Notes: generated by a model not told the origin, from the letters alone. DNA of 64,000 bases from an uncultured delta proteobacterium (GCA_963716725.1 CAVQUB010000013.1:1-64000), one strand, 5' to 3'; positions 40,462 to 55,146 are shown, numbered from the stretch's first letter. Numbers and translations: made by a program.

Positions 40462-41427
40462 TCAGCCCTTATTCTCGATGGGGGCGCCGTGCCGGCTGGC
40501 TCGCAGGCTGACCACGGCCTCCGGGGGTGGCGCCTCGGGTTGAATCGTGGCGTGGGCCAGGCCGAACTCGGCCTTCAGCTGCTCAGCGACAGCCCGACAC
40601 ACCTCGGCGCCGTGTGCACCCCGCTCGAGGGTGACGTGCACCGTGAGCGCGTCGAAACGGTCCGAGATGCGCCACACGTGCAGGTCGTGCAAATCGCGGA
40701 CGCCCGGGCAGCCCCGGATAGCCGCCTCGATGGCCGAGACGTCGAGGTGACCGGGGGTCGCTTCGAGCAAGATACTCGTCGTCTCCCTCAGCACGCGCCA
40801 GCCGCTGTAGGCCACCAGCAGGGCGATCAGCACCGAGAGCACCGGATCCGCGCGATTGACCCCGAAAAAGTGCACCATTGCGCCAGCCAGCAGCGCTGCC
40901 ACCGAACCGAGGGCGTCCGACGCCACGTGGGCAAACGCCGCGCGCACGTTGAGGCTATCGCGCTGGGCACGCATCAGGACCGCCGCGACAATCAGGTTCA
41001 CGACCAGGCCCGCACCAGCGACGGCGAGCATGATGTCAGCACGGATTTGTGAAGGCGCGAACCAGCGTTCGACTGCCTCCTTGATCACCCAAATGGCGGT
41101 AAGCGCCAGGGCGATGCCGTTGACGAAGGCGGCTAGCACCTCGGCGCGGCGAAGACCGAAGGTGGACCGCTCGGTGCGGGGGCGCTGGGCCCAGCGATGG
41201 GCCGCAAGGGCGAGAGCCAACGCCCCAGCATCCGCCAGCATGTGGCCCGCGTCTGCCATCAGCGCGAGGCTGCCGCTGATCACCCCGCCGACGAACTCGA
41301 CCACCATGAAACTTGCGGTCAGCCCCAAGGCCACGCCGAGCGCGCGCGAGGGCGTGGCGACGTGACCATGGCCGTGGCCGTGGCCGTGGCCGTGGCCTTG
41401 CAGGTCGGGGTGGGCGTGGGCAGTCAC
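40462..41427 (-). CDS. cation diffusion facilitator (CzcD/ZitB-like)
   Basis: His-Gly N-terminus, SLALMADAGHMLAD, RAEVLAAFVN, NVRAAFAHV, HDLHVW, HATIQPE. Confidence 0.95.
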   Translation of the reverse strand: MTAHAHPDLQGHGHGHGHGHGHVATPSRALGVALGLTASFMVVEFVGGVISGSLALMADAGHMLADAGALALALAAHRWAQRPRTERSTFGLRRAEVLAAFVNGIALALTAIWVIKEAVERWFAPSQIRADIMLAVAGAGLVVNLIVAAVLMRAQRDSLNVRAAFAHVASDALGSVAALLAGAMVHFFGVNRADPVLSVLIALLVAYSGWRVLRETTSILLEATPGHLDVSAIEAAIRGCPGVRDLHDLHVWRISDRFDALTVHVTLERGAHGAEVCRAVAEQLKAEFGLAHATIQPEAPPPEAVVSLRASRHGAPIENKG

Positions 41428-41556
41428 GGCCCCCCAGTCTAGCCCGGGGCACCGGGCGGCGGGCAACGCCGCCCTTTCGAGCGGGAACGCTCCACGCACC
41501 CAGAGCCGCAATGGCCTTCTCCGGCGGCACTCGATGAGGTAGGCGGTGGGTCGCCC

Positions 41557-42054
41557 ATGAAGACTGCCTCCGCTCTGTGTCTCGGCTTCGTGCTCGCCGC
41601 CTGCAACGCGAGCAGCGCGGCGCCGCCAACCAGCCCCGCACCCTCCCGCGCCTGCACCCAGCTGGGGTGCAAGAGCGGCCTCGATCTCGAGCTCGTCCGC
41701 TCGACCCCCTGGCCCCAAGGCACGTATCGCATCACGCTCCGAGTCGACGACAAGTCGGCGAGCTGCGAGGGCAAGCTTCCCCTCGGCTCCTGCGAGAGCG
41801 GCCCTTCGTTTCGCTGCAGCGACCCGTCGCTGACCATTTCCGAGAGCGGGTGTGCCCTGCCACCGGATCAACACGCGCTCAGTGGCCTGGCCTCGACGGC
41901 CACGGCAGCGTCGAAGGTGTCCCTCGTCATCGAACACCAGGGTTCGATCCAAGCCACGGCCCAGCTCACGCCGACATTCCAAAGCCTGCAGCCCAACGGC
42001 GCGGGGTGCGAACCCGTCTGCGAGACGGCTTCGATGAAGCTCAACCTGCGCTGA
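41557..42054 (+). CDS. Cys-containing lipoprotein
   Basis: Lipobox LAAC; CTQLGC...QPNG.GCEPVC. Confidence 0.8.
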   Translation: MKTASALCLGFVLAACNASSAAPPTSPAPSRACTQLGCKSGLDLELVRSTPWPQGTYRITLRVDDKSASCEGKLPLGSCESGPSFRCSDPSLTISESGCALPPDQHALSGLASTATAASKVSLVIEHQGSIQATAQLTPTFQSLQPNGAGCEPVCETASMKLNLR

Positions 42055-42088
42055 GCGCGCGACGGTCGAATACCGACCAGTCCTCCGA

Positions 42089-42925
42089 TCAGGCCTGACG
42101 CGCGAGCTCTGCCGGCGCGAGCAGCGCGGCCGCGAGCCGCTCGCCGAGCTTGGCCATCAGGTGGCCGTCGATGGCCCGATGATCGACCACCATCATGATC
42201 GGGAGCACTCGACGCACGACGACGCGGCGTTCTTCGGCAACGGGCGCATCGCAGGCCGGCGCGAGCGCGAAGGCAGACGCCACGTGCCCGAGCCGCGAGG
42301 GCAAAGTCAACGACACCGAGCGGAAGCGCGCTCCCGTCGGCAACTCGAAGACAGCACCGACGTTGGTGACCCCGGTGCTGACGCTCGACCAGGGGCCGAG
42401 CAAGCGGTAGCCGACAGGATGCCGAAGCACCGTGCCCGCCAGATCGACCGCCGCTTCGGCGGCGCGCGGCAGACTCTGGGCGAAGCGCCGGCCGAACGCG
42501 CTGCCGAAACCGTCCAATTTTCCCGAGCGCTCGGCGCGGGTGCGCGCTCGGGTCTCTCTCGCGATTTCCTTGAGCGTCTTCTTCTCGACGCCGTGCAGCA
42601 CCATCATGCCGGTCTGGTCTTGGCCCGAGCCTTTCGACCCCAAGCTAACGGGTACTGCCACGTCCACGCGCTCGAGCTGATAGAACGCGCCGCCGACGAT
42701 CTTGACGTTCAACGCCGGGAACTCGTGAAGGCAGCGCGCCACCGCCGCCGTGACCAGGTGCTGAACACCAGCGCGCTCGCCCTGCTCCCGCTCGAACGCG
42801 TCCAGGAACTCGAGTGCCGGCTCGAGGTTCACGTCCATGGTGATCGAAACGTAGGGATCGCTCGAGGGCGTCTCGAAGAACCGGAGCATCAGCCGGCGCT
42901 GGCCGGAGACTCGTAGTCGTCGCAT
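42089..42925 (-). CDS. stand-alone 2-oxoacid dehydrogenase acyltransferase catalytic-domain protein
   Basis: FPALN, VDVAVPV, GVTNVG, DHRAIDG; no lipoyl domain. Confidence 0.8.
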   Translation of the reverse strand: MRRLRVSGQRRLMLRFFETPSSDPYVSITMDVNLEPALEFLDAFEREQGERAGVQHLVTAAVARCLHEFPALNVKIVGGAFYQLERVDVAVPVSLGSKGSGQDQTGMMVLHGVEKKTLKEIARETRARTRAERSGKLDGFGSAFGRRFAQSLPRAAEAAVDLAGTVLRHPVGYRLLGPWSSVSTGVTNVGAVFELPTGARFRSVSLTLPSRLGHVASAFALAPACDAPVAEERRVVVRRVLPIMMVVDHRAIDGHLMAKLGERLAAALLAPAELARQA

Positions 42926-43013
42926 GGGGCCTCCCAGAACGCTCTATGCCGGCAGGCGATTCCTGGCTATCGCCCCTCGGATTCGCGCCGAGAAGCGGCC
43001 CGCCGCCGCGACG

Positions 43014-44246
43014 CTAGCGACGCTGGCGACGTCGCGCAGCGAGAGCTGCGACGACGATTGCACCCAAAACCCACGGCACGGGCCCCACGGGACCGCTCGT
43101 CGAGCAACCGCCGTCGTCCCCCGAGTCACCGCCGGCCGGCTCGGACTTGGGCACACAGACCTTCAGGTTGGCGTCACAGGTCGATCCAGAGCTGCAGGCG
43201 GGCGCCGCCGGATCGCAGGGCGCCGAGCAAGTACCCGCGCCACCGCCGGTCGCCGAATAGCAGGCATAGCCGCCGGGGCACGGCTTGTCCGCCGCGCACG
43301 CCTGTCCCTGGGGGTCCAGTGCACCGCCATCGCCGCCGGCGTCCGGCTCCTCGGGCGGCGGCCAGCTCACGCCGGTCTTGGCCCAAAACGGCGCCTCGTA
43401 CCCGCCCTGAGCCGCGGCATCGAGGGCGGCCGCGATGATCATGTCCTTCCACTGGCTGACGTCGCCGTAGACCGCATTGCCACAACCTTGAGGGCCACGG
43501 GAGAGCACGCCCATCACTCGGCCCTTGTCGTCGAGCGCCGGACCGCCAGAGTCGCCCGGGCATGTGCCCGGACCGCCCTGCCACTCGGAGAACTGCACGC
43601 TGGAAAAACCGGAGCAATCGTTGCCGACGCAGTCCACTTCGAGCCCATCGCGCCGCATGCGCGTTCCGCTCGAGTCCTGGTTGTTGGGATCGGTGAGCCC
43701 GTAACCCACGGCCGCGTACTTCTCGGGAGCCTCGGGCCGCGAGTCGATGCGCGGGATGATGGGCTTGGTCACGCTCGCCGGGATGCCCGCTCCTTCCAGC
43801 ATGATCAGCGCCACGTCGTTGCCGCAGATGTCGGTGGAGTCTTTGGGCACCACCAGGGTGCCGGTGCCCTTGTAGAACTCGGGCCCGTCTTGGCCCGGAC
43901 GCACGGTTTCGGTCGTGACCCGGAAGATGGAGCCAGCGGGAGGGTTGCCGAAGTTGGTCTGGCCGCAGATCACGCTGCCCTGCGGGCCTCCGCCCTGAGT
44001 CAGCGCGACGCAGTGCCGGGCGGTCAACACCAAGTTTGGCGCGATCAGCGAGCCGCTGCAGTGCCCCATGAAATAGGAATTGAAAATGTTGATGGCCAAT
44101 CCGACCGCGGACGTGTCGGCGTGGTCGATTTGCCCGTCGACGACCCGTGCCTGCGCCAATCGGGTCTCGGGCACGACGTCACGCTCGCCGCCGCAGCCCA
44201 CCGAGAGCAAGGCAATCCCCAACAGGCACGACGCACGTTTCATCAT
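43014..44246 (-). CDS. trypsin-like (S1) serine protease with MYXO-CTERM anchor
   Basis: [31 protein letters not shown]-terminal GGCS..TM..RRRQRR. Confidence 0.92.
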   Translation of the reverse strand: MMKRASCLLGIALLSVGCGGERDVVPETRLAQARVVDGQIDHADTSAVGLAINIFNSYFMGHCSGSLIAPNLVLTARHCVALTQGGGPQGSVICGQTNFGNPPAGSIFRVTTETVRPGQDGPEFYKGTGTLVVPKDSTDICGNDVALIMLEGAGIPASVTKPIIPRIDSRPEAPEKYAAVGYGLTDPNNQDSSGTRMRRDGLEVDCVGNDCSGFSSVQFSEWQGGPGTCPGDSGGPALDDKGRVMGVLSRGPQGCGNAVYGDVSQWKDMIIAAALDAAAQGGYEAPFWAKTGVSWPPPEEPDAGGDGGALDPQGQACAADKPCPGGYACYSATGGGAGTCSAPCDPAAPACSSGSTCDANLKVCVPKSEPAGGDSGDDGGCSTSGPVGPVPWVLGAIVVAALAARRRQRR

Positions 44247-44351
44247 GGCGCTCCCAGCCGAGGGTCGAAATGTACCGGGCCCCCGCGCCGGCGCAAGCAC
44301 AGACTCCTTCGAGGCCCTTCCGAGCCGCGAAGCCCGGGGGTATGCTGCCCC

Positions 44352-46761
<2,410 letters not shown>

Positions 46762-46982
46762 CGCGGCCGGCACTATCGCCTTGTCTCGGGACACACGCAA
46801 CGCGGCGCGCGCCGCTGGCGAAGGCTAACGCCAGCAGCCGCGGTCGCCGCCACGCTCCGCCAACTCGCACGGTCTCCATGGCTCCGATGACGAACACTGG
46901 CGCCATCAGCACGAGCAACACTACCGCCGACCCCAGGGGTCCCAGGCTGGTGAAAACCGCGTCGAACATCTGACCTCCAAAT

Positions 46983-47032
46983 AAAAACTGGCCGGTTGGA
47001 TTGTTTTTAAACACGCTTGCGCAGCGTGTCAA
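46983..47032 (-). promoter_or_regulatory. sigma70-type promoter with two overlapping inverted repeats
   Basis: TTGACA (47032-47027), 17 bp, TAAAAA (47009-47004); IR ACACGCT-N5-AGCGTGT (47011-47029); AAAAAC-N14-GTTTTT (46983-47008). Confidence 0.65.
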
Positions 47033-47192
47033 TGGGTCAATTGCCCGTGGTTTTCCGCGGATCCGCCAAGACGGCGCCCTTCGAGCCCTTGAGACCGACC
47101 TCGGCCGGGCGCACCCCACCCCCGGCCGCGCGGGCCCCGGGGCTGCCGGAGGCAGGTCCCGCGGCACCTCGGTGGGCGCGCCCCCGAAGACC

Positions 47193-47801
47193 TCAGGTCT
47201 GGATCAGCGACAGCGCGATGGCCTCGAGGGCGGACTGAACGACCTCTTCGTCCGCGTCGCTCATCGGATCGAAGAAGTCGTGCAGCGCCAGCCCGTCGAG
47301 GATGCCGATCACGAGCCGCGGCATCACGTGCACCGGGACGCGGGGCGTGATGCCCAGCTCTCGGAAGCTCTGTTCGAGGTGCACGCGCACCTCCTCGCGG
47401 TTCGCCTCGAACATGGCCGAGAGCGACTTGCGCAAATCGGGATCGTAGATGCCCTGGGCCATGAGATTGGCCAGGACACGCAGCTCGGGGCTGGACTGCG
47501 CGCGCGCGGCGCGCATCTCGCGCAGCGCGCGACTCACCTTCTCTCGAGGCTCGCCGGGCGCGTCCCAGGCCGCGCGGACCCGCTCGCGCATGGCGTCGGC
47601 GCAACGCACCAGGACCTGCGCCATCAGATCGTCCTTGCTGTCGAAGTGGTAGTGGACCGCGCCCTTGCTCATGCCCGCCGCCGCGGCAATGTCGCCGATG
47701 CTGGTGCGCGCGTAGCCCGCGCCCGCCAGCGCCCGGATCGCTGCGTCCAGGACCTGCTGCCGGCTCGCTTCGCTCTTCTTGTAGGTCCGACGCGGGCGCA
47801 C
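47193..47801 (-). CDS. TetR/AcrR family regulator
   Basis: RQQVLDAA...GYARTSIGDIAAAAGMSKGAVHYHFDSKDDL HTH. Confidence 0.95.
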   Translation of the reverse strand: MRPRRTYKKSEASRQQVLDAAIRALAGAGYARTSIGDIAAAAGMSKGAVHYHFDSKDDLMAQVLVRCADAMRERVRAAWDAPGEPREKVSRALREMRAARAQSSPELRVLANLMAQGIYDPDLRKSLSAMFEANREEVRVHLEQSFRELGITPRVPVHVMPRLVIGILDGLALHDFFDPMSDADEEVVQSALEAIALSLIQT

Positions 47802-47904
47802 TGCCCGATCCCTCTAGAACAGCGCGGCGGCAGAGCGAAGCGAACCCTCGAAAACACCCACCTTTTCCGGAGTTTCTCGGGCAGTCGACCCCGCGGATCC
47901 GCCG

Positions 47905-47933
47905 TTGACAGAGTGGAAATCGGCTGCCAGAGT
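47905..47933 (+). promoter_or_regulatory. putative promoter of the tRNA-Ser pair
   Basis: TTGACA, 17 bp, CAGAGT (preceded by TG), 7 nt before the tRNA. Confidence 0.55.
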
Positions 47934-47940
47934 CCGCCGC

Positions 47941-48027
47941 GGAGAGATGTCCGAGTGGCCGAAGGTGCCTGATTCGAAATCAGGTGTACCCGCGAGGGTA
48001 CCGAGGGTTCGAATCCCTCTCTCTCCG
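47941..48027 (+). tRNA. tRNA-Ser(CGA)
   Basis: GGAGAGA acceptor, anticodon arm CCTGA-TTCGAAA-TCAGG, long variable arm, GTTCGAATC; CCA not encoded. Confidence 0.97.
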
Positions 48028-48125
48028 CTGCGTGCCTGAATTGCCGACTAGGCGGATCACCCAGGCGTGATCCACCAACCTCGACGATTCGGACCCCGGA
48101 GCCTGGTGCCGGAGTCCCCACCTTA

Positions 48126-48212
48126 GGAGAGGTGACCGAGAGGCCGAAGGTGCATGATTGGAAATCATGTGTACCTGCAAGGGTACCGAGGGTTCGAATC
48201 CCTCCCTCTCCG
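48126..48212 (+). tRNA. tRNA-Ser(GGA)
   Basis: GGAGAGG acceptor, CATGA-TTGGAAA-TCATG, long variable arm, GTTCGAATC; CCA not encoded. Confidence 0.97.
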
Positions 48213-48375
48213 CTAGCTATCCCCCGCGCAGCCTTGACTCGCCGAACGCAGACGGGGCTGACGCGGGGCGATGTATTTGGCGTTCAAGACCGGCGCCTTC
48301 TCCCGCTGCTGGGCCGCGGTCCCGTCGCCCTTTTGGCCTTTCGGCCGGCGCTGACAAGGAGCACGTGGTGCTGTT

Positions 48376-48633
48376 TCATTTCTCTTGTTGGACCCAGAGC
48401 CGCACGGCGCGCTGGCCCGTCCGGTCGTCCCGTTCGCGCGCCAAGAGTCTGAAGTGGTACACCGAGCCGAGTCGCTCGCTCCACCAGTGGTAGAGGACTT
48501 CATCGGTCTTCTGGTCCTGAATCTCCGTCGGCGATCCGTAGTACCTCATCGAGAACAGATGCGCGAAGCGTAGGCTCACGTCGGACAGCGTCTCGCCCGA
48601 GGCGAGGACGTACACGAGCTCGATCCGTCGCAC
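48376..48633 (-). CDS. small hypothetical protein
   Basis: 85-aa ORF with protein-like composition and GC3 bias. Confidence 0.55.
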   Translation of the reverse strand: MRRIELVYVLASGETLSDVSLRFAHLFSMRYYGSPTEIQDQKTDEVLYHWWSERLGSVYHFRLLARERDDRTGQRAVRLWVQQEK

Positions 48634-48879
48634 GTCACCCTGGCCCCAAACCTAATTTTTGGAAGCGGTTTCGCCGGGGCGCCAGGGCGCTTCTGGTGCG
48701 GGCGTAGCGGTGCCGCCCGTCGCTCGGGCTGGGTGTGGATCGGAAGCGCAGCCGGGGAGACTGGCAATCCACACGAGCGAAGAAATCTGCGCGAAGCGCA
48801 CGAGCATGCGCGCATCGTCTGGTCGGAATCGAAGCGAAGGCAAGTCGCAGTCCTGGCGCGTCGATTTGCCGGATGAGGC

Positions 48880-50370
<1,491 letters not shown>

Positions 50371-50378
50371 CGCTGCCC

Positions 50379-50996
50379 TCAGTCGATGGCGGGCGGGAGG
50401 TCGCCTTCCTTCTTGTCGCCCTCGCCTCCGGAGCTGCCGCCACCTTCCGTCTTGCCGCCCGGCGTGTCGTCCCAGCCGCCACCCTGACCGCGGCCCTCGA
50501 GCTCGTCTGGCATCACTGACTGCGGGTCCGACTTGCGGTTGAGTTGCTTGACGCCCTCCCACTTCATGCCGGTCTCGTCGGTGCCAAGACCAAACTCGCC
50601 CGTGACGACGTGAGCTTCGCCTTCTTTGGGCGCGGCGTACTTGAAGTAGCCCCGGCCACTGCGCGTAGCCGACGGGCCCACCATGCCGATGCGGTGTTCC
50701 TTCCACTCGTACTTGAGCAGGTCGCCGATGACCTTGCCATTGAGCTCGCCCCAGGCGTCGCCCGAAGTGGTGCGCCACTTGCCGCTGACGGTGTCGCCCT
50801 CCTTGATCATGTGGAGGTAACCATTGGTCTGATCGTAGTAGACGCCCGTCCAATCGCCGCCCTCGGGCATGTCGCCCGCCTTGACGGTCGCGACCTTGAG
50901 AGGCGGGGCGTTGTCACAACCGAGCGCGCCGACTGCGAGAGGCGTCGCGACGGCGACCGAGAGCATCAGGGGAAACAGTGTGCGCCGGAAAAACAT
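50379..50996 (-). CDS. lipoprotein, hypothetical
   Basis: Lipobox ALGC; WTGVYY...G.L beta-rich domain. Confidence 0.8.
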   Translation of the reverse strand: MFFRRTLFPLMLSVAVATPLAVGALGCDNAPPLKVATVKAGDMPEGGDWTGVYYDQTNGYLHMIKEGDTVSGKWRTTSGDAWGELNGKVIGDLLKYEWKEHRIGMVGPSATRSGRGYFKYAAPKEGEAHVVTGEFGLGTDETGMKWEGVKQLNRKSDPQSVMPDELEGRGQGGGWDDTPGGKTEGGGSSGGEGDKKEGDLPPAID

Positions 50997-51068
50997 GGCG
51001 CGGAGCCTACCACGGGGTCGGGGGGCGAATGGACCCCCTAGCGGCCCCGGCCTGATACCCTGCCCCCG

Positions 51069-51662
51069 ATGCGTTTCCGAGCCCTGGTCCCGGCGTTCCT
51101 GCTGGTCTTTGGCGTCGACTCACCGTCGAACGCCACCGACGCCGGGGACAATCCGGTCGTGGTCCAGGTCGGTCAGAGCGCCGTCCGGGACCGCGAGCTC
51201 CGCTTCTTGCTAGGGCGCATGCACGAGTTCGAACGCGAGAGCTACGGCAAGACGGCGTCGGAGGTGCGGCGGCGCTTCGTCGGCGAGCGCTTGATCCCCG
51301 AGTTGCTCTACGTCGAGGAGGCGAAGCGGCTCGGATCACCGGACAGCCCCGCCGTGGTGGCCAAGATCCGAAGCAACTTGACCCAAGCTCTGAAGGCCGA
51401 GCTCGAACGCGAGTACGAGACCAAGCTGACGCGCGCCGAGCTGGTCGCCTACTGCAAGAGCATCGGGGACGCTGCCGCCTGCACCGGTGAGCTCTCCGGG
51501 CACCGGGTGGTCATGCGCCGCAAGCACTCGGCCACCGAGATGGATCGCCTCGCAGAGGAGCTTCGGAAGCGCGAGGTGAAGGTCGACCTGGCGCTGCTCG
51601 ATCGCTGGCCGCCCGGATCAGTCCCGGCGCCGGCGCCGAGTGCGAGCCAGCGCCAACCCTGA
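51069..51662 (+). CDS. secreted protein, SurA/PrsA N-terminal-like
   Basis: Signal peptide; VVVQVG...RRRFV.E.LI.ELL..EEAKRLG. Confidence 0.55.
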   Translation: MRFRALVPAFLLVFGVDSPSNATDAGDNPVVVQVGQSAVRDRELRFLLGRMHEFERESYGKTASEVRRRFVGERLIPELLYVEEAKRLGSPDSPAVVAKIRSNLTQALKAELEREYETKLTRAELVAYCKSIGDAAACTGELSGHRVVMRRKHSATEMDRLAEELRKREVKVDLALLDRWPPGSVPAPAPSASQRQP

Positions 51663-53249
51663 CACCAGCAGCAACGCCGCTACTGGAGTGGACCCCGATC
51701 CCGTGGTCCGGCAGCCGCATCCGCCATCGTCACCGGACTCGCCTTTGGGCGCAGCGCCGCCGCTCGACGTGCCGCCGGCCGACGCGCCGCCGCTCGACGT
51801 GCCGCCGCTCGACGTGCCGCCGGCCGACGCGTCGGGCGCGTTGCCCGCGCTGCCCGCGCTGCCCGCGGATCCGGCGATGCCCCCGCCCCCGGCAGTTCCG
51901 CCACTGGCGCCGCCAGCACCGCCGACGCTGCCGCCGCCGCTGCCCCCGACTCCGCCGTCGGGGGTCGAGCCGCAGACCTCGTTTCCCTTCTTGATCGTGA
52001 TCGAGTCGATGACGCTGTTCGCCTGAGGGAACGCGCCCCAGGTCTCGATCTTCATGGTGTCGTTCTGGATGTCGACCAAGAGGTAGTGGTGCTCGTCGGT
52101 GCACTTGGCGCGCCCCGCGGTGGTGCCGCAAAACAGCTTGGGGATGGTGAAGGCCCCGGCGCCGCCGCTCACGTAGTAGACGGTGCCACCAGCGTAGTTG
52201 CTGGCGCCGACGGAGCAGGCGTTGCTGGAGCCGGGGGTACCCTTGGTCGCGCAAGCGCTGGGTTCGAAGCGCTCGTACCAGTGGTTGTGGCTGGTGAGCA
52301 CGGCGTCGACGTGGTGTTTGTCGAAGATCGGCACCAACGCGGCGTTCTGGTTGGCTTCGTTGGGCGGATGAGAGATCGAGAACGACGACTTGGTCGTGTA
52401 GATGGGCTTGTGGAAGTACACGAACTTCCACTTCTTCGGGTTGTCGGTCAGCACCGTGTCGAGCCAGGCCGCCTGGGTCGCGAAGGGGATGCTCCCGCCC
52501 TTGAAGCTGTCGGTGGAGAGCGACACGAAGATCGCGTTGGCGTAGGTGAAGAAGTAGTAGTCCTCGGTGTTGCTGCCGTTGGGGCCCGTCGAGCGCGGCA
52601 GCGCGAAGATCTGGTTGTAGTTGGCGCCGTCGCCCGAGCCGGGACCGGTGTCGTGGTTGCCCATCGAGGGCAGGAAGGGGATGGTCTTCGCGATGGGAGA
52701 CGTCCAGCCGAGCAGCTTGAGCCACTGATCGATCTTGTCACCGTCGATCACCAAGTCTCCGCCGTTGAGCATGAACGCGGGCTGGTGCTTGGCAGCTTGC
52801 GCCATGATCTGTGGCCAATTGTCGCCTCCGCCAAAGATCGGATCCGGGCGGTTGTCGGCGAGAAAGGCCAGCTTCACGCTCCCGCAATTGGGGTCCGCTG
52901 GCGGCCCCGTGACGAAGCTCGCCTCAGCCGTGAATCCGTCGGCCGTGCTGCCGGCAATGTAGAAGTACTTGGTGCTCGGCGTCAGACCGGTGAGCTCGAC
53001 TTCGTGGATGTAGCCGAGCCCGGCGTTGGCCAGCGTCGACTTCGCGGTCACCGTCTTCGTGTACGCACCCGAGGCCGTTCCGAGCTGAACCTCCGCAGCC
53101 GTGGGGCCGGTGGTGTGCCACGCGACCGCCATGCTGTTCTGGGGGTCCGCCGTGTACGAGAGGCGGGCGTACTGGGGCGCGGCCAAAGCCGATCCGGCCA
53201 CGGTCATGCACCCCACAAATGAAATGGCAGCTAGCCTGCGTCGGCTCAT
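51618..53249 (-). CDS. purple acid phosphatase-type metallophosphoesterase with Fn3-like N-domain and MYXO-CTERM
   Basis: ADNR, GGDL, GNHD, FHKP, SHNHWYER; GGCGC..TM..RRRRR tail. Confidence 0.9.
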   Translation of the reverse strand: MSRRRLAAISFVGCMTVAGSALAAPQYARLSYTADPQNSMAVAWHTTGPTAAEVQLGTASGAYTKTVTAKSTLANAGLGYIHEVELTGLTPSTKYFYIAGSTADGFTAEASFVTGPPADPNCGSVKLAFLADNRPDPIFGGGDNWPQIMAQAAKHQPAFMLNGGDLVIDGDKIDQWLKLLGWTSPIAKTIPFLPSMGNHDTGPGSGDGANYNQIFALPRSTGPNGSNTEDYYFFTYANAIFVSLSTDSFKGGSIPFATQAAWLDTVLTDNPKKWKFVYFHKPIYTTKSSFSISHPPNEANQNAALVPIFDKHHVDAVLTSHNHWYERFEPSACATKGTPGSSNACSVGASNYAGGTVYYVSGGAGAFTIPKLFCGTTAGRAKCTDEHHYLLVDIQNDTMKIETWGAFPQANSVIDSITIKKGNEVCGSTPDGGVGGSGGGSVGGAGGASGGTAGGGGIAGSAGSAGSAGNAPDASAGGTSSGGTSSGGASAGGTSSGGAAPKGESGDDGGCGCRTTGSGSTPVAALLLVSGLALARTRRRRRD

Positions 53250-53290
53250 CGCGACTCTCCTGTCTCGGGCCCGAAAGAGCCGGAAGCTTG

Positions 53291-54244
53291 TCACGAAGCT
53301 CCGCCGGACGCGAGGGCCACGACCTCGGCGGGCAGCTCGACGCGATGATCGAGCACCCACACCGGCGCGCCGCCCCGGCGGCAGGCGAGCTTGGTCGCGC
53401 ACTTCGGCGTGGTGAGCCACGCTTCGACCGCCGCGGGGCCCGGCTCTGGGATGCGGGCGTGGTCCGGGTGCAGTTCGACCACTTGCGGCACGATACCGTG
53501 GGCGGCCAGGGAGCGAAGCACGCGCTCGGGACGCGCGATGGCGAGCACTACCCCCACCCGGAGGCTGCGCAGCACGTCGAGCGTGATCGGCTCGCCGTCG
53601 GAGCCGATGACGCCCACGAGCCTCGCGTCGAGGGGGAACGCCGGGATGCGCGCATCCGCTGCGAAGGGCCCGTGCGCGAGCACGACATCGGCCGCGGCGA
53701 GCACCCGCGCCGGCGTCGCACGCAGATCACCGGCCGGCGGGCACCGCGCAGCGCCCCAGGGCATTTCTCCGTCGAGCACCAGCAGCGCGCACCCGAGACG
53801 TTCGGGGCGGGTTTGCAGGAGCCCATCGACGATCGCCACCTCGACCAGCCCCGCGGCCAACGCCAAGGCTTCGCCGCGGTCTCGCCCCACGATCACCGGC
53901 ACCGGGTCGAGGGCCCGGGCCAGCCACAGCGCCTCGTCGCCCACCCAAGCCGCCGCGTCATCGACGCGGACCACGCACGCCCTGCGCACCCGCGCTCGGT
54001 ACGCCGTCGCGACCACGGCCACGCGGCGGTGTCTCGCCATCGCACGCGCGAGTTCGAGCACGACCGGGGTCTTGCCAGAACCTCCGAGAGTAGCGCCGCC
54101 GATACCAACCACACGCAAGCCGGGCGGCAGCGCCACGGGTCGCACCGGATCGGCGAAGCGTGCCCACGCGGCGGAGACGGCGCGCGAAGCCGGGCCACCG
54201 AGCGCGCCAGTCTCGAGCGCTCGCGCCACCTGCAGCCGCAGCAT
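53291..54244 (-). CDS. lpxK: tetraacyldisaccharide 4'-kinase
   Basis: VGIG..TLGGSGKTP, VGDEA, DGLLQ, PAGDLR, AIARPE, TT.KCA.KL. Confidence 0.88.
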   Translation of the reverse strand: MLRLQVARALETGALGGPASRAVSAAWARFADPVRPVALPPGLRVVGIGGATLGGSGKTPVVLELARAMARHRRVAVVATAYRARVRRACVVRVDDAAAWVGDEALWLARALDPVPVIVGRDRGEALALAAGLVEVAIVDGLLQTRPERLGCALLVLDGEMPWGAARCPPAGDLRATPARVLAAADVVLAHGPFAADARIPAFPLDARLVGVIGSDGEPITLDVLRSLRVGVVLAIARPERVLRSLAAHGIVPQVVELHPDHARIPEPGPAAVEAWLTTPKCATKLACRRGGAPVWVLDHRVELPAEVVALASGGAS

Positions 54245-55146
54245 CAGCTCGCTCGGAGCTCGAGGCCGAGCTCGACCCCGAAACGCCTGGCTTCGGCCTC
54301 GTCCTGAGGGTACGCGATGCGCCCCTCGCGCCGACGAAGCCGCGTTCCGTCGGGCTCGGCGAGCAGCGCTCGGAGCCAGAGTTCATCGCCCTCGCGCAGG
54401 GCGTAGGCCGCGACCGGCAGCTGGCAGCTGCCCTCCACCGCCTGCATCACGCCGCGCTCCGCGGCCACCGCGATGGCGGTCTCGGTGTGAGCGAGCGGTG
54501 CAAGAAGCGCAAACGTCGCTTCGTCGCCCGCGCGTAGCTCGATGGCGAGGGCGCCCTGACCCACGGCGGGCAGCGAGACCTCGGGCTCGAGCACCTCCGT
54601 CACGCGGTCGCTCAGGCCCAGGCGAAGGAGCCCGGCGTGTGCCAGCACGATGGCGTCCACGACGCCTTCGCTGCATTTGCGCAGGCGCGTGTCCACGTTG
54701 CCGCGCAGCGGAACGAACTCGAAGCTGGGGAACGCGGCGGCGAGCTGGACCTTCCGGCGCAACGACGACGTGCCGACCTTCGATCCGGGCGCCAGCTCGG
54801 CCAGCTTCGCACCGGTGCGCGTCACGATCACGTCACGCGGATCGACCCGCGGTGGGATGCAGCCGATGGCCAGGGAGGGCGCCAAGTCCGCGGGCACGTC
54901 CTTGAGCGAGTGGATGGCGATGTCGGCGCTCCGATCCAGCAGGGCCTCCTCGATCTCCTTGATGAACAACCCCTTGCCACCGATCTCCGAGAGCGAGCGA
55001 TCTTGGATGCGGTCGCCGGTGGTGACCACGTGCTGCTCTCGGATTTCGAGGCCCGGATGCCGCGACTCGAGCTGTCGCATGAAAGCCCGCGCCTGAGCCA
55101 GCGCGAGCTGACTCTTGCGAGTGGCGACGACGAGCTTCGAGGTCAT
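54244..55146 (-). CDS. hemC: porphobilinogen deaminase
   Basis: ATRKSQLALAQ, TTGD, GKGLFIKEIE, HSLKDVP, GTSSLRR, RGNVDTRL, EGSCQLP. Confidence 0.98.
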   Translation of the reverse strand: MTSKLVVATRKSQLALAQARAFMRQLESRHPGLEIREQHVVTTGDRIQDRSLSEIGGKGLFIKEIEEALLDRSADIAIHSLKDVPADLAPSLAIGCIPPRVDPRDVIVTRTGAKLAELAPGSKVGTSSLRRKVQLAAAFPSFEFVPLRGNVDTRLRKCSEGVVDAIVLAHAGLLRLGLSDRVTEVLEPEVSLPAVGQGALAIELRAGDEATFALLAPLAHTETAIAVAAERGVMQAVEGSCQLPVAAYALREGDELWLRALLAEPDGTRLRRREGRIAYPQDEAEARRFGVELGLELRAS

